DNA from: Escherichia phage YUEEL01
Reading direction: 5' to 3' (one strand)
DNA length: 64,000 bases
Sequence record: NC_054935.2
Shown: piece after piece, positions 1 to 9,906 of the stretch
Position numbering within the stretch: position 1 is the stretch's first letter
Layout: the number at the start of each line of letters is the position of its first letter
Notes under the pieces: model-generated
The model's database searches: none
Seen by the model: the letters and a program-made list of their open reading frames with translations, nothing else
Told to the model about the DNA's origin: nothing
Made by a program: the position numbers and the translations under genes

Positions 1-697
1 TGTTGATGAATACCGAGATAATATTAAAACCCAACAGTCGTTGGCAAATGATATTCGCAATAAAAAGCAATCTCTGATCGCAGCAGTAGATAAAGCTAAA
101 AAGGTTAAAGCGGCTATAGAAAAAGCATCTTCTGAGTTTATTGACCATGCTGATGAAATAGCACTGCTTCAAGAAGAACTTGATAAAATTGTTAAGACAA
201 AAACTAATTTAGTAATGGAAAAATACCACCGAGGAATTTTGACTGATATGCTCAAAGATTCTGGTATTAAAGGTGCTATTATTAAAAAGTACATTCCATT
301 ATTTAATAAGCAGATTAACCATTATCTTAAAATAATGGAAGCGGATTATGTGTTTACATTAGATGAAGAATTTAATGAGACAATTAAATCCCGTGGTCGC
401 GAAGATTTTAGTTATGCTTCATTTAGTGAAGGTGAAAAAGCGCGAATTGATATTGCTCTTTTATTTACTTGGCGTGATATTGCTTCTATTGTATCTGGTG
501 TTAGTATTAGTACATTAATACTCGATGAAGTGTTTGATGGGTCATTTGATGCCGAAGGTATTAAAGGTGTAGCTAATATTATAAATTCAATGAAAAACAC
601 TAATGTTTTTATAATTTCGCATAAAGACCATGACCCGCAAGAATACGGTCAGCATCTTCAAATGAAGAAAGTTGGTCGATTTACTGTAATGGTTTAA
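1..697 (+). CDS. 46: gp46 recombination nuclease subunit (Rad50/SbcC-like), C-terminal fragment; reading frame is open to the window edge
   Basis: Frame open from position 2; C-terminus and position upstream of rpbA/45 match T4 gp46. Confidence 0.8.
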   Translation, partial: VDEYRDNIKTQQSLANDIRNKKQSLIAAVDKAKKVKAAIEKASSEFIDHADEIALLQEELDKIVKTKTNLVMEKYHRGILTDMLKDSGIKGAIIKKYIPLFNKQINHYLKIMEADYVFTLDEEFNETIKSRGREDFSYASFSEGEKARIDIALLFTWRDIASIVSGVSISTLILDEVFDGSFDAEGIKGVANIINSMKNTNVFIISHKDHDPQEYGQHLQMKKVGRFTVMV

Positions 698-752
698 TTT
701 ATAAGAGATTATGCTTTAATTTATTAGAGTATAATCTCTATGGAGGAAAAAC

Positions 753-941
753 ATGGAATATTCAACCGGACAGCATCTATTAACTATTCCTGAAATAAAA
801 CGATATATTCTGAGAAATAATTTTTCTAATGAAGAGCATATAGTTACTGAATCTATGCTTAGGAATGCATTTAAAGCAGAATATACAAAAATAATGTCCA
901 ATAGAAATGAAGCTTGGACTGTTACTGATTATTATGACTAA
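753..941 (+). CDS. small hypothetical protein (45.2-like by position)
   Basis: 62-aa ORF between 46 and rpbA. Confidence 0.4.
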   Translation: MEYSTGQHLLTIPEIKRYILRNNFSNEEHIVTESMLRNAFKAEYTKIMSNRNEAWTVTDYYD

Positions 942-950
942 AGGTGTATT

Positions 951-1340
951 ATGACTAAAATTACTGTGAATTATACTGTTGATGTAAAAGATATTCAGCC
1001 AAAACACGTGCGTTCTGAATCAAATCCACAAAACCAAAATAAAATTCGTCGAGCATGGGTTTTGTCTCTTTCTGATAACGCAATGGAAGTTATTCAGAAC
1101 AAAATTAAATCTGCACCTGCTCGTCATGCGTATTATGAAGCTATCGATCGTGAAGTAAGTAATAAATGGATTGAACTAATGCGCAAACATACTACAGAAT
1201 CCCTAAACGCCGGTGCTAAATTTATTATGACTTCATGTGGTGAACGTCTTGAAGATGATTATTGCGGTAATGCAGATGAACGTCTAATTGTTGCTGCTCA
1301 AATTGTTGCGGAAACAATTGCGGCTGATTTTAATCGTTAA
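951..1340 (+). CDS. rpbA: RNA polymerase binding protein RpbA
   Basis: 129-aa ORF immediately upstream of gene 45; size and position as T4 rpbA. Confidence 0.6.
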
Positions 1341-1366
1341 TTGCTTTATTAAATTAGTTATAAAAT
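1339..1366 (+). promoter_or_regulatory. MotA-dependent middle promoter upstream of gene 45
   Basis: MotA-box-like aaTTGCTTTAtt (TGCTT 1342-1346) about 12 bp upstream of TAAAAT -10. Confidence 0.5.
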
Positions 1367-1395
1367 TAAATCTCATTTGAATTGAAGGAAATTAC

Positions 1396-2082
1396 ATGAA
1401 ACTGTCTAAAGATACTACTGCTCTGCTTAAAAATTTCGCTACTATTAACTCTGGTATTATGCTTAAATCCGGTCAATTTATTATGACTCGCGCAGTTAAT
1501 GGTACAACTTACGCGGAAGCAAATATTTCTGACACTATTGATTTTGATGTAGCAATTTACGATTTGAACGGTTTTCTCGGTATTCTGTCTCTAGTTAATG
1601 ATGATGCAGAAATTTCCCAGTCAGAAGATGGAAATATTAAAATTGCTGATGCCCGTTCAACAATTTTTTGGCCAGCAGCCGATCCGAGTACAGTAGTTGC
1701 TCCTAATAAACCAATTCCATTCCCGGTAGCATCTGTTGTTACCGAAATTAAAGCTGAAGACCTTCAACAGCTGTTGCGTGTATCTCGCGGTCTGCAGATT
1801 GATACAATTGCTATCACAGTAAAAGAAGGTAAAATCGTAATTAACGGTTTTAATAAAGTAGAAGATTCTGCTCTGACCCGTGTTAAATATTCTTTGACTC
1901 TTGGTGATTATGATGGTGAAAACACATTTAATTTCATTATCAATATGGCAAATATGAAAATGCAACCAGGAAATTATAAACTTCTGCTTTGGGCAAAAGG
2001 TAAACAAGGCGCTGCTAAATTTGAAGGTGAACATGCGAATTATGTAGTAGCTCTTGAAGCTGATTCTACCCATGATTTTTAA
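1396..2082 (+). CDS. 45: gp45 sliding clamp
   Basis: 228 aa; sequence recognised as T4 gp45; precedes clamp loader genes. Confidence 0.9.
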   Translation: MKLSKDTTALLKNFATINSGIMLKSGQFIMTRAVNGTTYAEANISDTIDFDVAIYDLNGFLGILSLVNDDAEISQSEDGNIKIADARSTIFWPAADPSTVVAPNKPIPFPVASVVTEIKAEDLQQLLRVSRGLQIDTIAITVKEGKIVINGFNKVEDSALTRVKYSLTLGDYDGENTFNFIINMANMKMQPGNYKLLLWAKGKQGAAKFEGEHANYVVALEADSTHDF

Positions 2083-2085
2083 TAG

Positions 2086-2103
2086 AGGGCTTCGGCCCTT
2101 TAT
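2086..2103 (+). terminator. GC-rich UUCG-loop hairpin followed by T-rich tract after gene 45
   Basis: AGGGC-TTCG-GCCCT then TTTAT. Confidence 0.5.
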
Positions 2104-2133
2104 AATTTACACTAAAACTTGAATGAGGAAATT

Positions 2134-3093
2134 ATGATTACCGTAAATGAAAAAGAACACATTCTTGAACAGAAATATCGTCCATCTACTATCGATGAAT
2201 GTATTCTTCCCGCCTTTGATAAAGAAACCTTTAAATCTATTACAAGTAAAGGTAAGATTCCACATATTATTCTTCATTCTCCTTCTCCAGGAACAGGTAA
2301 AACAACTGTAGCAAAAGCATTGTGTCATGATGTAAATGCTGATATGATGTTTGTGAATGGTTCAGATTGTAAAATTGATTTCGTTCGTGGTCCTTTGACT
2401 AATTTTGCCAGCGCCGCTTCATTTGATGGTCGTCAAAAAGTAATCGTTATTGATGAATTTGACCGTTCAGGTTTAGCAGAATCTCAGCGACATCTTCGTT
2501 CCTTTATGGAAGCTTATAGTTCAAACTGTAGTATTATTATTACTGCTAACAATATTGATGGTATTATTAAACCACTTCAGTCACGCTGCCGAGTTATTAC
2601 GTTCGGTCAACCGACCGATGAAGATAAAATTGAAATGATGAAGCAGATGATTCGTCGATTGACTGAAATCTGTAAGCATGAAGGAATTGCTATAGCTGAT
2701 ATGAAAGTTGTAGCAGCTTTGGTTAAAAAGAATTTTCCTGATTTTCGTAAAACTATTGGCGAGCTCGATAGTTATTCATCTAAAGGTGTTTTGGATGCTG
2801 GTATTTTATCACTGGTTACTAACGATCGTGGTGCTATTGATGATGTTCTTGAGTCTCTCAAAAATAAAGATGTTAAACAACTCAGAGCTTTAGCACCAAA
2901 ATATGCAGCTGATTATTCGTGGTTCGTTGGTAAACTTGCCGAAGAAATCTATTCACGTGTAACTCCGCAGAGTATTATTCGTATGTACGAAATTGTAGGC
3001 GAAAATAATCAGTATCATGGTATTGCAGCTAATACTGAATTGCATTTAGCTTATCTTTTCATTCAATTAGCATGCGAAATGCAGTGGAAGTGA
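2134..3093 (+). CDS. 44: gp44 clamp loader large subunit (AAA+)
   Basis: 319 aa from ATG after GAGGAA SD; Walker A SPGTGKTT; T4 gp44 N-terminus MITVNEKEH. Confidence 0.9.
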
Positions 3094-3094
3094 T

Positions 3095-3658
3095 ATGAGC
3101 TTATTTGAAGATGATATTCAATTAAACGAGCATCAAGTTGCTTGGTATTCAAAAGATTGGACAGCTGTCCAATCCGCTGCTGATTCTTTTAAAGAAAAAG
3201 CTGAAAATGAATTTTTTGAAATAATTGGAGCTATTAATAATAAAACTAAATGCTCTATTGCTCAAAAAGATTATTCAAAATTCATGGTTGAAAATGCATT
3301 ATCACAATTTCCAGAATGCATGCCAGCTGTATATGCAATGAATTTAATCGGTTCTGGATTAAGTGATGAAGCTCATTTTAATTATCTAATGGCTGCAGTT
3401 CCTCGTGGTAAAAGATATGGTAAATGGGCAAAACTGGTTGAAGATTCCACCGAAGTATTGATTATTAAGTTACTTGCTAAACGGTATCAAGTTAATACAA
3501 ATGATGCAATTAACTATAAATCAATTCTTACTAAAAATGGAAAACTACCTTTAGTATTAAAAGAACTTAAAGGTTTAGTCACGGATGATTTTTTGAAAGA
3601 AGTGACTAAGAACGTAAAAGAACAGAAACAACTCAAAAAACTAGCATTGGAATGGTAA
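3095..3658 (+). CDS. 62: gp62 clamp loader small subunit
   Basis: 187 aa; position after 44. Confidence 0.85.
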   Translation: MSLFEDDIQLNEHQVAWYSKDWTAVQSAADSFKEKAENEFFEIIGAINNKTKCSIAQKDYSKFMVENALSQFPECMPAVYAMNLIGSGLSDEAHFNYLMAAVPRGKRYGKWAKLVEDSTEVLIIKLLAKRYQVNTNDAINYKSILTKNGKLPLVLKELKGLVTDDFLKEVTKNVKEQKQLKKLALEW

Positions 3659-3659
3659 A

Positions 3660-4028
3660 ATGATTGAAATTACTCTTAAAAAACCTGAAGATTTTCTGAA
3701 AGTAAAAGAAACTTTGACTCGTATGGGAATTGCTAATAATAAAGATAAAGTTCTGTATCAGTCCTGTCATATTCTTCAGAAAAAAGGACTATATTATATC
3801 GTTCATTTTAAAGAAATGCTTCGTATGGATGGTCGCCAAGTTGAAATGACAGAAGAAGATGAAGTTCGTCGTGATTCGATTGCATGGCTATTAGAAGATT
3901 GGGGACTGATTGAAATCGTTCCTGGTCAAAGAACTTTTATGAAAGATTTAACTAATAACTTCCGAGTTATTTCTTTTAAACAAAAACATGAATGGAAACT
4001 CGTTCCTAAATATACGATTGGTAATTAA
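3660..4028 (+). CDS. regA: RegA translational repressor
   Basis: 122 aa; position between 62 and 43. Confidence 0.85.
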   Translation: MIEITLKKPEDFLKVKETLTRMGIANNKDKVLYQSCHILQKKGLYYIVHFKEMLRMDGRQVEMTEEDEVRRDSIAWLLEDWGLIEIVPGQRTFMKDLTNNFRVISFKQKHEWKLVPKYTIGN

Positions 4029-4029
4029 T

Positions 4030-4251
4030 ATGACTGCTATAACTCCGCAAGAATACATGGCGTCTCTTAAAGAAAAATATAATCTTTCTGCAACAGAAAC
4101 ACTTTTCGATTTACCAGAAAACCTTCAACTAAAATTTCAGGTAGAATTTCAAAAATTAGTTCACCCAGAACAAAAACACTTTACCGCGGTCGTTAAGTCA
4201 ATTAATGCAGATGGATTGACAATTTTCACCCGACAAATAGTACTAATTTAA
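4030..4251 (+). CDS. small hypothetical protein
   Basis: 73-aa ORF from ATG overlapping regA stop. Confidence 0.35.
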   Translation: MTAITPQEYMASLKEKYNLSATETLFDLPENLQLKFQVEFQKLVHPEQKHFTAVVKSINADGLTIFTRQIVLI

Positions 4252-4253
4252 GC

Positions 4254-4273
4254 AAGGGGCTTCGGCCCCTTAA
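4254..4273 (+). terminator. UUCG hairpin upstream of gene 43
   Basis: AAGGGGC-TTCG-GCCCCTT. Confidence 0.45.
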
Positions 4274-4329
4274 TTGGAGTATAATATATCAAGAGCCTAA
4301 TAACTCGGGCTATAAACTAAGGAATATCT

Positions 4330-7026
4330 ATGAAAGAATTTTATATCTCTATCGAAACAGTCGGAAATAACATTGTTGAACGTTATATTGATGAAAACGG
4401 AAAGGAACGTACTCGTGAAGTAGAATATCTTCCGACTATGTTTAGGCATTGTAAGGAAGAGTCAAAGTACAAAGACATCTATGGTAAAAATTGCGCTCCT
4501 CAAAAATTTCCATCAATGAAAGATGCTCGAGATTGGATGAAGCGAATGGAAGACATCGGTCTCGAAGCTCTTGGTATGAACGATTTTAAACTCGCTTATA
4601 TCAGTGATACGTATGGTTCAGAAATTGTTTATGACCGAAAATTTGTTCGTGTAGCTAACTGTGACATTGAGGTTACTGGTGATAAATTTCCTGATCCAAT
4701 GAAAGCTGAATATGAAATTGATGCTATCACTCATTATGATTCAATTGATGATCGTTTTTATGTTTTCGACCTTTTGAATTCAATGTACGGTTCAGTATCA
4801 AAATGGGATGCAAAGTTAGCTGCTAAGCTTGACTGTGAAGGTGGTGATGAAGTTCCTCAAGAAATTCTTGACCGAGTAATTTATATGCCATTTGATAATG
4901 AGCGTGATATGCTCATGGAATATATTAATCTCTGGGAACAGAAACGACCTGCTATTTTTACCGGTTGGAATATTGAGGGATTTGACGTTCCGTATATCAT
5001 GAATCGTGTTAAAATGGTTCTCGGTGAACGTAGTATGAAACGCTTCTCTCCAATCGGTCGAGTAAAATCTAAACTAATTCAAAATATGTACGGTAGCAAA
5101 GAAATTTATTCTATTGATGGCGTATCTATTCTTGATTATTTAGATTTGTACAAGAAATTCGCTTTTACTAATTTGCCGTCATTCTCTTTGGAATCAGTTG
5201 CTCAACATGAAACCAAAAAAGGTAAATTACCGTATGATGGTCCTATTAATAAACTTCGTGAGACTAATCATCAACGATACATTAGTTATAACATCATTGA
5301 CGTAGAATCAGTTCAAGCAATTGATAAAATTCGCGGGTTTATCGATCTAGTTTTAAGTATGTCTTATTATGCTAAAATGCCTTTTTCTGGTGTAATGAGT
5401 CCTATTAAAACTTGGGATGCTATTATTTTTAACTCACTGAAAGGTGAACATAAGGTTATTCCTCAACAAGGTTCGCACGTTAAACAAAGTTTTCCGGGTG
5501 CATTTGTATTTGAACCTAAACCAATTGCTCGTCGATATATTATGAGTTTTGACTTGACGTCTCTGTATCCGAGCATTATTCGTCAGGTTAACATTAGTCC
5601 TGAGACTATTCGTGGTCAGTTTAAAGTTCATCCAATTCATGAATATATCGCAGGAACAGCTCCTAAACCGAGTGATGAATATTCTTGTTCTCCGAATGGA
5701 TGGATGTATGATAAGCATCAAGAAGGTATCATTCCAAAGGAAATCGCTAAAGTATTTTTCCAGCGTAAAGATTGGAAAAAGAAAATGTTCGCTGAAGAAA
5801 TGAATGCCGAAGCTATTAAAAAGATTATTATGAAAGGCGCAGGGTCTTGTTCAACTAAACCTGAAGTTGAACGATATGTTAAGTTCAGTGATGATTTCTT
5901 AAATGAACTATCGAATTACACCGAATCCGTTCTCAATAGTTTGATTGAAGAATGTGAAAAAGCAGCTACACTTGCTAATACAAATCAGCTGAACCGTAAA
6001 ATTCTTATTAACAGTCTTTATGGTGCTCTTGGTAATATTCATTTCCGTTACTATGATTTGCGAAATGCTACTGCTATCACAATTTTCGGCCAAGTTGGTA
6101 TTCAGTGGATTGCTCGTAAAATTAATGAATATCTGAATAAAGTATGCGGAACTAATGGCGAAGATTTCATTGCAGCAGGTGATACTGATTCGGTATATGT
6201 TTGTGTAGATAAAGTTATTGAAAAAGTTGGTCTTGACCGATTCAAAGAGCAGAACGATTTAGTTGAATTCATGAATCAGTTCGGTAAGAAAAAGATGGAA
6301 CCTATGATTGATGTTGCATATCGTGAGTTATGTGATTATATGAATAACCGCGAGCATCTGATGCATATGGACCGTGAAGCTATTTCTTGCCCTCCACTTG
6401 GTTCAAAGGGCGTTGGTGGATTTTGGAAAGCGAAAAAGCGTTATGCTCTGAACGTTTATGATATGGAAGATAAGCGTTTTGCTGAACCACATCTAAAAAT
6501 CATGGGTATGGAAACTCAGCAGAGTTCAACGCCTAAAGCGGTCCAAGAAGCTCTCGAAGAAAGTATTCGTCGTATTCTTCAGGAAGGTGAAGAGTCTGTC
6601 CAAGAATATTACAAGAACTTCGAGAAAGAATATCGTCAACTTGACTATAAAGTTATTGCTGAAGTAAAAACTGCGAACGATATAGCGAAATATGATGATA
6701 AAGGTTGGCCAGGATTTAAATGTCCGTTCCATATTCGTGGTGTGCTAACTTATCGTCGAGCTGTTAGCGGTTTAGGTGTAGCTCCAATTTTGGATGGAAA
6801 TAAAGTAATGGTTCTTCCATTGCGTGAAGGAAATCCATTTGGTGACAAATGCATTGCTTGGCCGTCGGGTACAGAACTTCCAAAAGAAATTCGTTCTGAC
6901 GTACTGTCTTGGATTGACTACTCAACTTTGTTCCAAAAATCGTTTGTTAAACCGCTTGCGGGCATGTGTGAATCGGCTGGTATGGACTATGAAGAAAAAG
7001 CTTCGTTAGACTTCCTGTTTGGCTGA
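4330..7026 (+). CDS. 43: gp43 DNA polymerase (family B) with 3'-5' exonuclease
   Basis: 898 aa; motifs DxxSLYPS and YGDTDS; matches T4 gp43 length. Confidence 0.95.
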   Translation: MKEFYISIETVGNNIVERYIDENGKERTREVEYLPTMFRHCKEESKYKDIYGKNCAPQKFPSMKDARDWMKRMEDIGLEALGMNDFKLAYISDTYGSEIVYDRKFVRVANCDIEVTGDKFPDPMKAEYEIDAITHYDSIDDRFYVFDLLNSMYGSVSKWDAKLAAKLDCEGGDEVPQEILDRVIYMPFDNERDMLMEYINLWEQKRPAIFTGWNIEGFDVPYIMNRVKMVLGERSMKRFSPIGRVKSKLIQNMYGSKEIYSIDGVSILDYLDLYKKFAFTNLPSFSLESVAQHETKKGKLPYDGPINKLRETNHQRYISYNIIDVESVQAIDKIRGFIDLVLSMSYYAKMPFSGVMSPIKTWDAIIFNSLKGEHKVIPQQGSHVKQSFPGAFVFEPKPIARRYIMSFDLTSLYPSIIRQVNISPETIRGQFKVHPIHEYIAGTAPKPSDEYSCSPNGWMYDKHQEGIIPKEIAKVFFQRKDWKKKMFAEEMNAEAIKKIIMKGAGSCSTKPEVERYVKFSDDFLNELSNYTESVLNSLIEECEKAATLANTNQLNRKILINSLYGALGNIHFRYYDLRNATAITIFGQVGIQWIARKINEYLNKVCGTNGEDFIAAGDTDSVYVCVDKVIEKVGLDRFKEQNDLVEFMNQFGKKKMEPMIDVAYRELCDYMNNREHLMHMDREAISCPPLGSKGVGGFWKAKKRYALNVYDMEDKRFAEPHLKIMGMETQQSSTPKAVQEALEESIRRILQEGEESVQEYYKNFEKEYRQLDYKVIAEVKTANDIAKYDDKGWPGFKCPFHIRGVLTYRRAVSGLGVAPILDGNKVMVLPLREGNPFGDKCIAWPSGTELPKEIRSDVLSWIDYSTLFQKSFVKPLAGMCESAGMDYEEKASLDFLFG

Positions 7027-7039
7027 TAGAATAAATCTA

Positions 7040-7060
7040 GGGACCTCCGGGTCCCTTTTT
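7040..7060 (+). terminator. intrinsic terminator after gene 43
   Basis: GGGACC-TCCG-GGTCCC followed by TTTTT. Confidence 0.7.
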
Positions 7061-7142
7061 CATACAAGTAATATAAATCTATACTTATGAAAAACAGATG
7101 ATTCTGGACATTTAGAATTCCCTAAAAAATTTTCACAAAACT

Positions 7143-7172
7143 GTTTACAAGAATGTTCTTCCATGGTACTAT
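7143..7172 (+). promoter_or_regulatory. T4-type early promoter
   Basis: GTTTAC, 18 bp spacer, TACTAT; palindromic spacer AAGAATGTTCTT. Confidence 0.6.
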
Positions 7173-7209
7173 ACAACTATCAACTACTGATACGGATTTG
7201 GAGAATAAA

Positions 7210-7446
7210 ATGAAAATTGTTATGGGATGCTTAGCAGTTTGTTTAGTTGCATTAGCAGCAGTTCCATTTGTTAGTGTTGAAAATGATACTCAACCTGTGA
7301 TTGAATCTAGCACTGTTATTCACACTAATGGTAAAATATCAGTTAAAATTGATGATAATCTTCATGTGAATACAAATGGATCTTTAGGTGTGCAAATGGG
7401 TAATACCTGCATAAGCACTACTGGAGTAATTACTACTTGCATTTGA
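7210..7446 (+). CDS. small secreted protein (signal-peptide-like N-terminus)
   Basis: SD GGAGAA then ATG; hydrophobic N-terminus MKIVMGCLAVCLVALAAVPF. Confidence 0.45.
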   Translation: MKIVMGCLAVCLVALAAVPFVSVENDTQPVIESSTVIHTNGKISVKIDDNLHVNTNGSLGVQMGNTCISTTGVITTCI

Positions 7447-7456
7447 GGAAATTATT

Positions 7457-7837
7457 ATGAAAATCGCTATTTTGGTTATTGCATTAGGTCTTACTGGTTG
7501 TGTAGCTCAAGGACCGGCAGTAAATCAGTCTGATGTAGGAAAAATTGTAAACTGTTCAAACAAATTTTATAATCCTAATGTCAAGTGTTATAAAGAAGCT
7601 CCAAAGCAAACAGTAGAACAAATGCAGGCGAATTTTGACGAAGCTATTCGTCCAGATGAATCTGCTCAAGCATATCGTAATTCGGATGTAATTACACGCG
7701 AAGAAAAAATTGAAAACTACTGCGCAGAACTTTGGGCAAATTGGGCTAATAATTACCAATGGCGTACAGGTAAAAATGCTCCGATGGAGTATGTAGTGAA
7801 TTCTTATAATTCATGTGTAAAAAATTTGACTAAGTGA
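7457..7837 (+). CDS. predicted lipoprotein
   Basis: SD GAGGAA; N-terminus with lipobox LTGC; several Cys in mature part. Confidence 0.5.
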   Translation: MKIAILVIALGLTGCVAQGPAVNQSDVGKIVNCSNKFYNPNVKCYKEAPKQTVEQMQANFDEAIRPDESAQAYRNSDVITREEKIENYCAELWANWANNYQWRTGKNAPMEYVVNSYNSCVKNLTK

Positions 7838-7844
7838 GGAAAAC

Positions 7845-8096
7845 ATGGAAACTTTAGTAGCAGGTTCAATTTTTATGGTTTTAGTTTCAGGTGTGTTGGC
7901 TATTATTATATACATGCTTCCATGGTTTATCGCCTTGATGCGTGGGTCAAAATCGACAGTAGGAATCTTTTTCACATCTTTACTGTTTAACTGGTCAATT
8001 ATTGGTTGGTTTATTACATTTATTTGGTCAATTGCAGGTGAAACTAAAAAGTCTGCGCAGCCAAATCAGGTAATTATCATCAGAGAGAAGGAATGA
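7845..8096 (+). CDS. imm: Imm superinfection immunity membrane protein
   Basis: 83 aa, two hydrophobic segments, position next to gene 42. Confidence 0.85.
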   Translation: METLVAGSIFMVLVSGVLAIIIYMLPWFIALMRGSKSTVGIFFTSLLFNWSIIGWFITFIWSIAGETKKSAQPNQVIIIREKE

Positions 8097-8242
8097 AAAG
8101 CAAAATTATAGCAGTGTTGCTTTTAATCTTGATGGTTATAATAAGTATATACTATAGCGTAACAGTTCCTGCTATGATTCCAACTATTATTTTAGGTTGG
8201 GGTTTATTACTGTTACAATTTAAATATGAATGCATCAATTGA
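8093..8242 (+). CDS. small hydrophobic membrane protein
   Basis: 49-aa ORF, ATGA overlap with imm stop. Confidence 0.35.
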   Translation: MKSKIIAVLLLILMVIISIYYSVTVPAMIPTIILGWGLLLLQFKYECIN

Positions 8243-8249
8243 GGTTTAA

Positions 8250-8990
8250 ATGATTAATGACTCTATGACAGTTGAAGAAATCCGTCTTCATTTGGGGCTT
8301 GCATTAAAAGAAAAAGATTTCGTAGTTGATAAAACTGGCGTTAAAACTATTGAAATTATTGGCGCATCATTTGTAGCAGATGAACCGTTTATTTTTGGCG
8401 CTCTTAATGATGAATACATTCAGCGTGAACTTGAATGGTATAAATCTAAGAGCTTGTTCGTTAAAGATATTCCGGGTGAAACACCGAAGATTTGGCAGCA
8501 GGTAGCATCTTCTAAAGGTGAAATTAACTCGAATTATGGCTGGGCTATCTGGTCAGAAGATAACTATGCCCAGTATGATATGTGTTTAGCTGAACTTGGT
8601 CAAAATCCTGATTCTCGACGTGGTATCATGATTTATACTCGTCCATCCATGCAATTTGACTACAATAAAGATGGTATGTCAGATTTCATGTGTACTAATA
8701 CAGTACAGTACCTGATTCGTGATAAGAAAGTCAATGCAGTAGTAAGCATGCGCTCAAATGACGTGGTCTTCGGATTCCGTAATGATTATGCATGGCAAAA
8801 ATACGTATTAGATAAATTAGTATCTGATTTGAATGCAGGCGATTCAACTCGTCAGTATAAAGCAGGTTCTATTATATGGAATGTTGGAAGTCTTCATGTA
8901 TATTCTCGTCATTTTTACTTGGTTGATCATTGGTGGAATACTGGCGAAACTCATATTGTGAAAAAAGATTATAACGGTGAGTGGAAATGA
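8250..8990 (+). CDS. 42: gp42 dCMP hydroxymethylase
   Basis: 246 aa; thymidylate-synthase-like fold protein at the conserved position. Confidence 0.9.
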   Translation: MINDSMTVEEIRLHLGLALKEKDFVVDKTGVKTIEIIGASFVADEPFIFGALNDEYIQRELEWYKSKSLFVKDIPGETPKIWQQVASSKGEINSNYGWAIWSEDNYAQYDMCLAELGQNPDSRRGIMIYTRPSMQFDYNKDGMSDFMCTNTVQYLIRDKKVNAVVSMRSNDVVFGFRNDYAWQKYVLDKLVSDLNAGDSTRQYKAGSIIWNVGSLHVYSRHFYLVDHWWNTGETHIVKKDYNGEWK

Positions 8991-9829
8991 TTCAATTCGT
9001 AATTCCAAGCTATCAACGTGTAGGGGCAGTTTCTGCCCTTGATATGTTTCCGACTGATTATGAACCTCATATTGTAGTGCGTGAACACGAAGAAAAAGCT
9101 TATTATGATGCCTATGGGTCTAGAGCTAAAATTATAACTATTCCTGATGATGTAAACGGAATTGCCGGTACTCGTAAAGCAATTACTGATATGTATGCAG
9201 GTCAACGAATCTGGATGATTGACGATGATACTACTATCCGTATGAGTTCAATACGAAAGAGAGACGATAAACGGCGCGTAGATAAAATTAATCAATTAAC
9301 TCGTGAACAGTTCTATGAATTGATTCAATATGTTGAGGATGCCATGGATTGCGGATATTATCATGGCCATGCTCGTCTACCAATTTTTAAAATTACTTCA
9401 TCTTGGGGTAATTATCGTGAAAATTCATATGGATTCACGAATACATGGTATGACCTCGGAAAACTTACGACAGAACAAATTGGGTATGGAAAAATTGATT
9501 TATGCGAAGATATGTATGCATTTCTCAATTTAATTAATCAAGGTTATCCGCATTTGGCCTTGTTCAAATATCTAGTTGTATCTGGAAAAGCACAAGCTCC
9601 TGGCGGGTGTAGTTCAATTCGTAGTAATTCTAAACATAATAGAGCGCTTGAGCAAATCAATAGAGAGTTTCCAGAGCAAGCTCGTTGGAAAACTTCTAAT
9701 ATTGAAAAACGAAAATCGTTGGGTGAAGAAGACGAGCCATTAAAGGTTCTTCGCATGTGCGTTTCGCGTAAAGAAAAATCAGAAGCATTTCATAAGTTTA
9801 ATGCTATTCATCCAATAGCAGTTGATTAA
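8987..9829 (+). CDS. putative glycosyltransferase with DXD motif at the beta-gt locus (candidate HMC-DNA glucosyltransferase of non-T4 type)
   Basis: About 280 aa versus T4 beta-gt 351 aa; IPSYQR N-terminus and IWMIDDDTTI (DXD) suggest GT-A fold. Confidence 0.5.
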   Translation: MIQFVIPSYQRVGAVSALDMFPTDYEPHIVVREHEEKAYYDAYGSRAKIITIPDDVNGIAGTRKAITDMYAGQRIWMIDDDTTIRMSSIRKRDDKRRVDKINQLTREQFYELIQYVEDAMDCGYYHGHARLPIFKITSSWGNYRENSYGFTNTWYDLGKLTTEQIGYGKIDLCEDMYAFLNLINQGYPHLALFKYLVVSGKAQAPGGCSSIRSNSKHNRALEQINREFPEQARWKTSNIEKRKSLGEEDEPLKVLRMCVSRKEKSEAFHKFNAIHPIAVD

Positions 9830-9906
9830 TGCCTAAATTTATTGTGTTATAATTACTCTATCTTTAACCAGTGAGGAAAATATAATGATGCCTATGGAAA
9901 AAATGA

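Noticed and set aside
1657-2073. Many antisense or out-of-frame ORFs in the six-frame track lying inside well-supported genes (for example 1657-2073 in gene 45, 5434-5721 in gene 43, 28412-28702 in gene 39, 45568-46038 antisense to gene 37, 54400-54879 antisense to gene 32)
   Set aside because: They overlap long, recognisable T4-like genes on the opposite strand or another frame, lack convincing ribosome-binding sites, and have low-complexity composition typical of AT-rich antisense frames.
2086-4285. Possibility that the GCTTCG-containing hairpins at 2086-2098 and 4254-4271 double as MotA boxes for middle promoters of genes 44 and 43
   Set aside because: Each hairpin is followed by a TATAAT-like element, but the spacing from GCTT to the -10 (about 6 and 15 bp) does not fit the 11-13 bp expected for MotA-dependent promoters; kept only as terminator-like hairpins.
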